Source: Atractiella rhizophila (taxonomy: Eukaryota). From it: 37,504 bases of DNA. Both the position numbers and the translations under genes were made by a program. Under the pieces are notes generated by a model, which worked only from the letters and a program-made list of their open reading frames with translations, ran no database searches and had not been told where the DNA came from. This document shows positions 11,438 through 22,439 of this stretch, piece by piece. Where the stretch lies: the NCBI GenBank assembly GCA_021432655.1, contig MU271586.1:1-37504 (forward strand), written 5' to 3'. Within the stretch, counting starts at the first letter, position 1; each line of letters begins with the position of its first letter.

Positions 11438-13066
11438 ATGTCCTCCTTCCTCTCACGAAAGCCACACGCCCGCATATCGTCTGTCACCCTCAACCCCTAC
11501 TCCCCGACGGCGTCGCCGAATCCCCAAGCGACCTCGTTCACCCAATCCAATTCGTCATTCGACTCGTACGCCGCCCATCCTGCTAAAACAACCTATTCCA
11601 GCTCTGGAACCACATTGTCCCTCACCACGACGGTATCGCACCATGGGTCGTACTTTTTGGCAGGGCTGCTGCAGTTCATGTCCCTATTCTCAGATCGGAC
11701 GGTAGACTTGTTGGCCACAGATAGAAAGGTGAGGGAGAACTGTCTGAGGACGGCAGTGTTGCAGGGAGTGGTGTTAGTCGCTGTATTGGTCGGGAAAGCG
11801 TTTGGACTGGGAAGCTTGTACACCGTTCGTCTTTTTCCTTTTCCTTTTTTCCTTTTTTGGAGCGCTCGGCATTGAGATTTTGCGGTTCGGTTGGACAGGC
11901 GACAGTGGTCGTCCCTCTCTTGTTGGGAGCGACATATCTCGGGTCGACAGCTGGGTCGGACCCGCCATCCGCTGCTACCCTCGTCACGAGAGCATCGGTC
12001 TGTGCGGATTGGGTCGTCGCCACTTTTTCACTCGCATACCTCTCCCAAAAGGGCGGATTTTGGATATGGATCCTCCTCCAGCCGTTCGTCATCGGATACA
12101 CAGCTCTGACCAACACCTACTTCATCTTTGAGTGCGTCATCTCTCCCTCTTTCCTTATTTCCTTCTTTCTAAAGAACCCTGGGTGGGAACAGTCCATCTT
12201 GGTCTTCGAAGCACATGGTGCTCTCTGCCCAATTCAAGACCCTCCGTCAACACTGGGCCTACTTCCTCGGCCTCGCCCTCCCTCCGACGCTCTTCCTCTC
12301 CCTCTTCTCCCTCCTCAACATCACCCTCCTCCCCCTGCTCATCTTCTCCGCCTCCATCCCACTCCTCCAAACCCTCCCCGCCACCTCCCGTCCCCTCCCC
12401 ATCTCCCCAGACTACCCCTCCGCATGGGGAATGGGCAGCACAGCCGGCACAGGGATGCGAGTCGGCGATTCGATCTCGTTGATGAGGAGCGAAGGAGCAT
12501 TCGATGGCGACGACAGCGGGGCCGGAGGAGCCGGTTTGCTCCCTGGACATCCCTTCTTCCCCAAGTCCCTCCCCGTCCTCTACTTTGCGCAAATCGTTGC
12601 CACGGCTGTGAACGGCGCGCTTGGATTGGAGGGAGGGAAGGGACGGGGAGCGAAGAAACATGCCGGGGGTGGGTTCCATCAGAACCATCAGGCGCAGGGA
12701 ATGGCCAGTGGCATGAACGGATACTCGTATGGACAGAACCAGATGCATGGCGTGAACGGATACGGTGGCTACGGTTCTCAACCTCAGCAAGGACACGGAT
12801 ATGGAGCGCCGAACGGAATGAATGGCATGAATGGGATGGGCGGCATGAGCGGAATGAGCGGGATGGGGTACGGTCATCAACAACAGCAGCAAGGACAGGT
12901 CCTCTTCGATTATAATCAACAGAGCCAGCAACAGCAGGAAGAAAAGTCGTACCCTCCCCCACCTATGGCTAGGAAATCTTCCGTCCCCCCACCTCCCCAA
13001 ATTAGACTCCAGCAGCCGAGCATCTCTGGCGGACCACCGGTGCCTCCTGGAAAGAAGGACGACTGA
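11438..13066 (+). CDS. EI24-like multi-pass membrane protein with a G/M/N/Q/Y- and P-rich C-terminal tail; 3 exons
   Basis: Hydrophobic segments plus YFIFE...LSAQFKTLRQHWAYFLGLALPPTL, which resembles the EI24 motif FEYxW...ExxWxYFxGFGLP. Joins ORF pieces 11225, 11857 and 12215. Confidence 0.65.
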
Positions 13067-13106
13067 GTCGATGAGTCCAACGGAAGGGTAGATGGCTCGG
13101 AGGGTG

Positions 13107-14909
13107 AATTCAAAATGAATTGCGGTGGAGGTTGCGTTGCTGTTGGTTGTGCGAAGGAGACGGAGCGTTGATCGCTCTGCGATACGATTCTTGTGGAGAC
13201 ATAGTTGGTGTGACGATTACTTCAGTTATGATCCATGGGAATGTCGGATGATTCTATCGTTTAATTATACAAGAGCTAAGATCGAAGGGATTTCATTTCT
13301 AAGTCGTTAAATATCTCTTCATGCCACAACATGCGGGCATTGTGTCTATTTGACATGGAGCTATTCTCGAGGGAAAGAAGAATGTGCAATCTATTGTAAT
13401 GGGCACATTCGTTGCTCTCCCCTCTAGGCTCGTCTATTCATTCCTGCAGGTTCGATTCCACTCTATAGCAACATCCTCCCTCCAAAGCTATGTGCTCTCC
13501 TAGCCCATCCGCGAGGTCCCACAAACGCGCTTCGTGGTCATCAAACATTACATATGCTGGGACAGGTGCGGGCACCCATTGACAAGGCCTTCAAAATTGA
13601 CAGTAGAGATTCCAGGGGTAGATTCAATAGTGATGTACATTGCTCAGGTTACTAAGCAGCTTCGCTTTTGATGACGCTTCAAAACGTATTGCAGACTTCT
13701 TAGCTTCAAACTAGATTACTGCTGCATTCTGCAATGAGCATGGCAAGCAAGAGCGCAGACACTACGCTCCCGTAGTTTAGTCTGTTCAGGCTAAAAGTCC
13801 TTCCAGTCAGACAGGCTCAGTTTCCACTTTCCATCAGTTCCAGCAGCCTTCGAATTCGTACAGGAGCTATAGGAGCCACATAGAAGCCCATAGATACTCT
13901 GAAAATGTGTGGGATATTCGCCATTCACAACTACGAAGGCGAGTCGAGCTTGCGCAGAACCAAATGCCTTGCCTTATCGAAGAAGCTACGACATCGAGGC
14001 CCAGAAAATTCAAAATGAATTGCGGTGGAGGTTGCGTTGCTGTTGGTTGTGTGAAGGAGACGGAGCGTTGACCGCTCTGCGATACGATTCTTGTGGAGAC
14101 ATAGTTGGTGTGACGATTACTTCAGTTATGATCCATGGGAATGTCGGATGATTCTATCGTTTACTTATACAAGAGCAAAGATCGAAGACATTTTCTAAGT
14201 CGTTATATATCTCTTCACGCCACAATGCGGCAATTGTGTCTATATGGCATGGAGCTACTCTCAAGGGAAAGAAGCGTGCGATCTATTGTAGTGGGCACAG
14301 TCGTTGCTCTTCCCTCTGGGCTCGCCTAATCATTCCTGAGGTATCACTCTGGTTCGATTCCACTCTATAGCCCCATCCTCCCTTCAAAGCTACGTCCTCT
14401 CCTAGCCCGTCCGCGAGGTCCCAAGGATGCTCTTCGTGGCTATCAGACGCTACACATGCTTGGGACGGGCACGAGCACGCATTGAAAGCCGTTCAGAATT
14501 GTCGGTAGGGGTTGTAGGTGGATTCGATGGTGACGTACCTTTTTCAGTTTACTATGCAGTTTCTCTTTAATCAAGTTTCAATACGTATTGCAGGCCCGAC
14601 TTCATTAGCTTTACACTGGATTAATCCTGCATTACTTTGCCCCACTGTGAGAAGCTGGCGCAGACACTACGCTCCCGTAGTTTAGTCTGTTCAGGCTAAA
14701 AGTCCTTCCAGTCAGACAGGTTCAGTTTCCACTTTCCATCAGCTCCAGCAGCCTTCGAATTCGTACAGGAGCTATAGAAGCCACATAGAATCCCATAGAT
14801 ACTCTCAAATGTGTGGGATATTTGCCATTCACAACTACGAAGGCGAGTCGAGCTTGCGCAGAACCAAATGCCTTGCCTTATCGAAGAAGCTACGACATCG
14901 AGGCCCAGA
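13107..14909. repeat. Tandem duplication of about 900 bp (copy 1 13107-14005, copy 2 14007-14909)
   Basis: Both copies start AATTCAAAATGAATTGCGGTGGAGG and end CTACGACATCGAGGCCCAGA. The ends are nearly identical and the centre is diverged with indels. Confidence 0.95.
13905..14018 (+). pseudogene. Truncated copy of the asparagine synthetase 5' end (37-aa ORF)
   Basis: [33 protein letters not shown] followed by ENSK* across the duplication junction. The first 33 aa are identical to the full gene at 14809. Confidence 0.8.
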
Positions 14910-16924
14910 CTGGTCAGGTTGCTATGAGAATGGTAACTCGATACTATGTCATGAGCGTTTAGCTGTCGTCGGCGTCGGTACGTAGCTTTTTTTGTTAGTA
15001 AAGAAGCAATGGTGCGAGAGCTCTCTTGCAGATACTGGTGCTCAGCCTATCGTGAACGACGAAGGCACGCTGGCACTCTGCGTCAATGGAGAAATTTACA
15101 ATTACAAAACATTGAAGAGATCTCTGCAGGACTGTAGCTTCAAGACCCATTCTGATTGCGAGGTCATCATGCATTTGGTGAGTTCAGCCACTTGTACGTA
15201 ACACCAAAAAAGCTGATCGTGATCGTCCTGCACTTTGGTGCATTGTGGATAGTACAAAAAATGTGATCTCCCATCGCTCTGTAATCAGCTCGATGGAATG
15301 TTCTCCTTCGTCCTCCTCGACTCTCTCGATCCGCAAAATTCAAGAATGGTCGCGGCACGAGATCCGATAGGAATCACGACTCTCTATATGGGATCCTATA
15401 ACTCGACTTACTGCTTCGCGTCAGAGATGAAGGGCTTGCCATCAGAATGCACGAAAATTATCTCCTTCCCTCCTGGTTGCTTTTGGGATTCACGGACTGG
15501 AGAAATTCAGAGGTATTACGAACCGGCTTGGTTCAAAGTCCCGACCCAGATCCCGACCACTCCAGTCGACTTTGCCCTACTGCGTACCAGTCTTGAGAAA
15601 GCTGTGCGGAAGCGTCTCATGTCAGAAGTTCCTTACGGTGTACTTCTGAGTGGAGGATTGGACAGTAGCTTGATAGCCGCCATCGCTGCTCGGGAGACGG
15701 AAAAGGTGGCCCGCGCTCAAATGCAGCGTGAATACCTGAAGCGAGCGTCGAACGAGGATCTGAGTCAGTCGGTGTCTTCACTGGATCGAATGGATGTTGG
15801 GGATTCGGACGAGGAAGACGACAGCTCTCTCACCTCCTGGCCAAGGTTACATTCCTTTTCCATAGGTCTTCCAGGTGCTCCCGATCTTCTAGCGGCTCGC
15901 CAAGCAGCTTCATATCTCGGAACAGTGCATCATGAATATACCTTTACCGTTCAAGAAGGCATTGATGCATTACAGGACGTGATTTATCACCTCGAGACGT
16001 TCGATGTCACCACAGTTCGTGCCAGCACACCGATGTATCTTCTCAGCCGCAAGATCAAGGCATCAGGAGTGAAAATGGTCCTTAGTGGTGAAGGAAGCGA
16101 CGAGATCTTTGGTGGTTACCTCTACTTTCACAAAGCCCCGACTGGGAAGGATTTCCATCAAGAATGTGTGGACAGAGTCAAGAACTTACACACTGCTGAT
16201 TGTCTCCGAGCTAACAAGTATACCTCCTTCACTCTTGCCCTGCTTAGTTTTGCTGACATTTCTGTCGTGAAGGAGCACAATGGCCTGGGGACTTGAAGCT
16301 CGCGTACCTTTCCTTGACAAGGAGTTCCTATCGGTCTCGATGGACATTCGACCCGACGAGAAGATGTTTGGTTCGAAGGAGGTGGATGCTCAGGGACGAC
16401 CGAAGATGGAGAAGGTGCATTTTTCTTTGTTTTCCACCTTGAAAGGAGTCTTATCCACCACCGTCAGTACATTTTGCGCAAAGCGTTCGACATCTCTCCC
16501 GGAGGACGACCATACCTTCCAGACTCCATTCTCTGGCGACAAAAGGAGCAATTTTCGGACGGTTTGAGCTTTCTTCCATCGCATATTCTGTCTGTCTTAA
16601 AACCAGCGTAGGCGTGGGCTACTCCTGGATCGATGGCATGAAGGAACATGCCTCAAAGGTCGTCACCGACGAGCAGCTGTCATCAGCCAAAGATCGCTGG
16701 CCTCTCGCTACGCCTGACACAAAAGAAGCATACATGATCAGGGAGATGTTCGAAAGCCATTTCCCCGGTGAGACAGCCGCAGGAACCGCTGTCAGGTGAG
16801 CTCCATCCTTCCGTGGGCTGCGTACATTCTGATTTTGCGACACAGATGGGTTCCAAGAACAGATTGGGGTTGTAGCTCTGATCCCTCTGGACGAGCTCAG
16901 GCTGTTCATGAGAAAGCCTACTGA
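14809..16924 (+). CDS. ASN1: Glutamine-dependent asparagine synthetase; about 7 exons
   Basis: Ntn start [53 protein letters not shown], and C-terminal [14 protein letters not shown]. Confidence 0.96.
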
Positions 16925-17228
16925 ATGTACTAGTAGGCCGCTGACTCTGTGGGAACAATCGTGGTTTACGACACCACATTATAGATTTGATTTTGTGTTC
17001 ATTGGGGTTTGACTTGCTCATCGTAGCAATACAGGGATCTTTTCTGAGTGGAAGCTTAGTGTAGAGCGCTATTACTCATTAGGGAACCTGATGTGTACCT
17101 ACCATGTTCTAGAACTACTTTCGGATGTTAGAGGAATTGCATGCTTCCGCTTGCAGCATGGTGCACAATACGTTGCCTTGTTCCTACACTCCATCTATTG
17201 GGTCCCACGTGGTGACTGGCGCTTCTTG

Positions 17229-18501
17229 TTAACCGCGTCCCCCTGCAAGCTCTGCTGGCACCCTGAGCCTAGTCTTCAGCGAATCTTCTTCCAAGATCCT
17301 TGTTTTGAATTTATCGCTATTGAGTTCGTCCAGGTCCCAGTTAACGCTAAAGTATCGTCCACTAAGCCAATCTTCGCTACCGGAGCACAACCTACTCCAT
17401 GAGTTTATGGGACATGTATCTAAATGTCATAGTTAGAAGGACCTACCGAACGATAGAGTAGGCAGGTAAGTTGACATCGTCAACCAGATGCACGGCAACC
17501 GCTGGTGGGGCATCTTTTGTCAACTCTGTCCTGGTTGGTGCGCTTGTGATCAGCATCCTTCAGCAAGAATGCGGCCCGAAGACGTACTTGATGCCTCCAG
17601 GGTGAATGGCTATGCTCTTAATATTATCCTGCTCATGTTCTGGACTTCCGTTCAGTCTCCCGACAGGTTTATCCAACAAATGATGACGAACCTACGGCAA
17701 TCCTCTCTGCCAGTCTGTTGAGCGCATGTTTTGCTACAACATAGTCGGCTGTTGACGGTTCCAGCCTTAGAAATGAGGAGGGCGGAATATGATATGCTCA
17801 CAAATTTCCGGTACATGATAATGGCTGCCGATGCTGCTAACAAAGATAATGTGTCCTCCACCAGCTTTCGCTAGCTCATGAACCGTATAGCGATAAATTA
17901 AATAATTCCCGCATAGATTTGGACCGAAACTGTGCGTATATTGAACACAATAGGAGCGCGAGCAGTAGAAACGTACGAGTCCCACCAAGCCTTCGGGTCA
18001 GCGAGTGATACTGGATTTCTTAGCCTGACCATGAAAGAAATCGTAAAGAACGACATACTGTGACACTTTATCCCTCTCGCCCCAGCATTGCTAATAACCA
18101 CGTCCAACCTGCCAAATTCACGCACGCACCGTTGGACGGCCCTTTCCACGTCCTCCGGTCTAGTCACGTCCATGACTGCAAATTCAACTTCAACGCTCGG
18201 GACCTTATCCAACAATTTCTCCTTCACAGCCACCAACGCACTCGCTGTTCTCGCGCAGAGAAACAGCGCTTTAGCACCAGAAAGGGCGAAGGCAGTGGCC
18301 GTAGCCTCTCCGATTCCACTGCATATTCTCATCAGCACAAGACGGCGATCACAGTGTAGCATCGACATACCGGGACGCTCCGGTAATGAGTACCACCTTT
18401 CCCCTGGAACATTCTTTCAAGGCTGGATTATTGAGAACATCGATTCCGGGATATACGTCAGAACGGGTTTGGATAGCAAGGTTTTGAGGATCAGAGGCCA
18501 T
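17229..18501 (-). CDS. Classical short-chain dehydrogenase/reductase; multi-exon
   Basis: MASDPQNL...VYPGID...VVLITGAS(R)GIGEATA, GRLDVVISNAG, IIFVSSIG, catalytic YVVAK, IHPGG, and C-terminal DWLSGRYFSVNWDLDEL. TATAAAA on the minus strand at 18563-18569. Confidence 0.88.
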
Positions 18502-19308
18502 ATTTGAGAGGTTTCTTGGATAAAATGTATTCCAGTCTTTTCAGTTCATAGGGCAGAGAGGCTTTTATAACCCTTCCGAGGAACCTGCGCAATATCATGC
18601 CCACGACTGCACACCACCTCCGGACTGAGGCTAACCGAAGTCGGAGTTGGCTGTTTCTTTCTGCATAAATCTCTGGGGTATCAGGATGAACGAAAGAAGT
18701 GGAGGGTTCGTAATAACTTCCTCTGCTTCGATGTGCCCTCCGAGTTCGGAGTGGTGCGCTGACGTGAAGCAAATGAAGATGAAGATGAGGACAGAAGGCA
18801 TTCGTGATAGTGGAGGTGGCAAGAACCGAATCGTGGGGGCGAAAGAATGTTCGAGGCGTAAACCACGAAGGTGCGGTCCTCATGGGCGTTTTGATGAGAC
18901 GACGAACAAACTAACTCTGATTGTCCCTCTGCCTCCTTCAGCCTTTCAGAATAATATTGCTGAAAGTCAAGGAGAGGTATCAATATTCCGTGCCACCGCC
19001 ACGTTGGAAGCATTAGGGATCAGCTCACTTAATAGGGAAGGAATGGTAACAAACTTCCATCCCCATTTCAATCATACAGAACATAAAGCACCACATTACA
19101 TTTGGTATCACACTTCGCAAGTGTCGTAACTGCTCTAAATCTCTTTCACTTGATGTTTCCTGATCAACTATTGAACACACAATACTGTACAATGTTATAA
19201 TGTACGATATTCATCCGAAGCTTATTTCATTGACAAAGTAAGTTCGGAGCATATTTTAAATTTACAACACTTTGCCTGCTTCCAGCAATTGCGATTAAGA
19301 TAGAGAAG

Positions 19309-20901
19309 ATGCCACCCAAACGCAAGCGTGGCTCCCAGAAGCCAGTCCCTCCCGCTGCACCACTCCTCAGCTCTTCACAAGCGTCCAAACTGCTGACCGT
19401 GCTCGAATTGTTCGTTTCTTGCCTAACATACATCTCGTCTGACTTCATGATGTTGTGCAGTTTGGACGAATCAAAAACCGCCCTGGATGCGGATGCACAT
19501 GACGGGAAGAGCTTGCGCGAGATCCTGGGAGGGGCAGAGGTGCGATTGCAGGACGTGAAGCAGGCTTTCGAAGCTGTCAAGGATTCTATCGAACCGCGCG
19601 TTTTGAAGAGTCCTCGCATGATTCTGGATGCGAGGATCATTTTCCCTGCACTGTTGGAAGGGATGGTGAGCGGGAAGGAGCAAGTGAAGAAGGAAGAAGA
19701 TACAGAAGGACCATATGTCCTCCATCGACAACTTGGCGATGCTGACGTCTTTTCATCTTCTTTCAAGGTTTCGGAGGACGATTTCTCTTTAATTTCAGAA
19801 GGTAGCCTTTATTGGTCATAGCATTAGACCCGACGCTGACTACACGGCAGTAAACGATGTGGACCTCATCGCACTGCCTCCATTCAGAGCAGCTCCGACA
19901 ACAAGCACGAGCGCGTCAACTTCCAACATCACGCTCTCCGCTTACCTCCCTTCTCCACTCCCCTACCCCGCTCCCAACCCAACTCTGGCCCTCAAACCCC
20001 CAACGGTCCCTACGACGATCTACTTTGACCCGTTCTCCTCCTTCGCTCCGTCCTACGACTCCTCCACCGGCGTTTCCACCTTCGATGGTGCCATCAGGGC
20101 ATGGAACGGGCGAGAGAAGCTCGAAGATGCCCTGAATAGATCTTCGAGTTCTACGCCCAAACGCACGCCTTCGACTGTACTTTCGAAGGTGAAGAACGGC
20201 AATGCGACTCCACCTTCGACGGCGCCATCAGAGCATGGAATGGGCGAGAGAGGCTCGAAGATGCCCTGAATAGATCTTCGAGCTCTACGCCCAAACGCAC
20301 GCCTTCGACTGTACTCTCGAAGGTCAAGACTGGCAATGCGACTGCGGAGAAGGTGGATTGGGAAGGCGTGGAAGAGGTGGATAGAGATTTAGAACGGCTG
20401 TACGAGGTCGAAACGGCGTTGGGTCGGGTGGAGGAATTGTTAGGCGCTTTACAGGAGGGACAGAATGTGCGCATGCGGAAGGCACTCAAGACCAGTCTCG
20501 CACATCGATCGGCACCCTCCCCTACATCTAAGAGTGTAGCGACGAACTCTGTTGGGGCCGATGAGAACGGGAGGAGCTTGGAAGTGGACGAACCTTCCAT
20601 TTCAGAGACTGAAATGGGTGCGTCACCATTCCTTTCACTCCCCACACTGTCATCGTATCCTTTTCAATTGATTATCTTGATGCACGAACTGATAAATAGG
20701 GGAATGGTTTGTTTGACAGCGGCTGAATTGGTAGATGCCCTTGTTGCTCTCATCTCTCTCGTGCCACCGGAGGAAATGGTAGATGTGGGAGCGGTGGAGC
20801 GGATGATGGGCTCAGTACCTACCGCTCATGGTGGACGGTTTGGAGGAAAGGAGTGGTCAGGAACGCTGGATTGGAATAATGGTGGGAGAGTGGTTCTGTG
20901 A
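19309..20901 (+). CDS. Probable chromatin-remodelling subunit resembling the BRD7/BRD9 C-terminus or fungal Rsc58 (no bromodomain evident); frameshifted as assembled
   Basis: N-terminal NLS-like PPKRKR. YFDPFSSFAPSYDSS and LLGALQEGQNVRM recall BRD7/9 YGPxSSxAPxYDS and LQEAQNERL. Three GT-AG introns. The frame is broken by the 134-bp duplication. Confidence 0.55.
20076..20343. repeat. Intragenic tandem duplication, 2 x 134 bp (20076-20209 and 20210-20343)
   Basis: CCACCTTCGA...GGCAATGCGACT occurs twice head-to-tail, with 10 substitutions and no indels by manual alignment. Confidence 0.96.
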
Positions 20902-21186
20902 TGCTCCTTATCCTTTCGGCAAACTCCTTGGAATGGCTCATCATCTAGTATTTAATTTAAATTGTGATAATCTCTTGTGCTTTGGTGAGCCAGACTGGAA
21001 AGGGATAGCCATCCGCTCAACCACGATCAAAGTTGACCTTTTAAACTACGAAGTAATATTAATGCTGCAAGTCCCCATTGCTTACGCTCTCCAGATGATG
21101 ATACACGCCGTTCTCGCAGAGATAGTTTTGATTCAATCGTCATCCTTGACACAGGAGGGATTGATTTATTCGTGGAAAGGTTATGT

Positions 21187-22004
21187 TCACATCTTCTCCA
21201 CGGCCTTGATAGCAGCCCGACAACCGCCAGCAATGAAGGCGCTGAGCAAAGCGTGCGCGGGAGCCTTCTGCGCGTCATTCTCAACCGCGACATCCAAATG
21301 CTCGAGCTCGTCGTCCCTGAACTCGGCAATGACTTGCTTTAACAACGGGATGGAGGGGTGGTCGTTCGGGAATGAGGCTGGGCTGAGCTCTCGCAGTTGA
21401 CTACATTACGCCATTCAGGCAGCATTTCAGTTGGCGATTTCAGCAGAGAGGATGTGGGGACAAACTCATTGTAGTGCTCTCCAATGACAGTCTCCACCGC
21501 CTCTGTGCACGCCATCGCGCTCTCCTTGCCCATCTTAGCCGTTATCCATCCAAGGGAATAAGCGACCGTCCTAACAACAGGTTCGAGCTTTGTATGCTGC
21601 ACGTCGTGCTGTCTGGCCACGCGCTCAAACACGGAGAGATGACGCTTCTCCTGCTCCCACATCTCCTGTACTAGCTCCTTCACCCGCACATCCTCTGCCG
21701 CCGATGTCGCTTGAGCGTGAGAAGAGGGGCTGAGAGCGGACATCTGCCCAGCGTAGATATAGTTCGCTGCGAGCTCGCCAGCGTGGTCGATGCGGATTGC
21801 TCGCTGGAGTGTCTGACGGTCGGTGTATGAGAGCGAGGGAGTGGACGTCGTCGCTTCTTCTGCCGTTTCTGTTGTTTCTGCTGATGAAGAAGACGAAGAT
21901 GGAGCTGAAGAAGAAGACGGGGAAGCAGCGAAGGAGTAGGCATCTGATGGTCGTGCGCGGTTGGAGAAGCACCGACGAAAGGCGATGGTGGATGGGCGGA
22001 GCAT
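21187..22004 (-). CDS. COQ7: 5-demethoxyubiquinone hydroxylase (di-iron), mitochondrial; 2 exons
   Basis: Presequence-like MLRPSTIAFRRCF, then IRIDHAGELAANYIYAGQ, EQEKRH, AMACTEAVETVIGEHYN and EFRDDELEH. Ends AIKAVEKM*. Confidence 0.95.
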
Positions 22005-22439
22005 TGCTTGACTGTTTCTTGGGTGCTATGCTGCTTTTGGAGGTCCTAATGTGCTGTTCTATGCTATGTTACTAGCTGTGTTGCTTGTCCAGTCTGAGGA
22101 AAGCTGGGTTGTTGGTGGTCTTAAACAAACGACCACGGCGCAGAGACCACACATGAACTTACGACTGCTGTCAGCGGGGATCAGTACAGCAGCAAGCATC
22201 TCAGTGGGATCTCGGAGTGAAGGAAAGAGAGTCTAAAGTGGGATATCGCTAGGTGCGCCTTTGTCTTTACCTTTGTGCAAGTCTTTTTATGGGTCGTCCT
22301 CATCGACAAGTGGAAACATCTCCCATTCTTCAGAAAGTGAATATCCCAACCGATATTGCTTAGACAGAGCTTTAGAGGAGAAATTCAGATGCGAAGAGTT
22401 AACTAATACCTCACAATCCAGATACAACGTGCCAAAATC

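Noticed and set aside
13107..14909. Duplication read as LTRs or a transposon
   Set aside because: No TG...CA ends, terminal inverted repeats, target-site duplication or transposase/RT coding. The unit is host gene flank plus host coding start.
18600..19200. ORFs of 110-160 aa between the second SDR and the BRD7/9-like gene
   Set aside because: Non-ATG starts, no recognisable motifs and no consistent exon structure.
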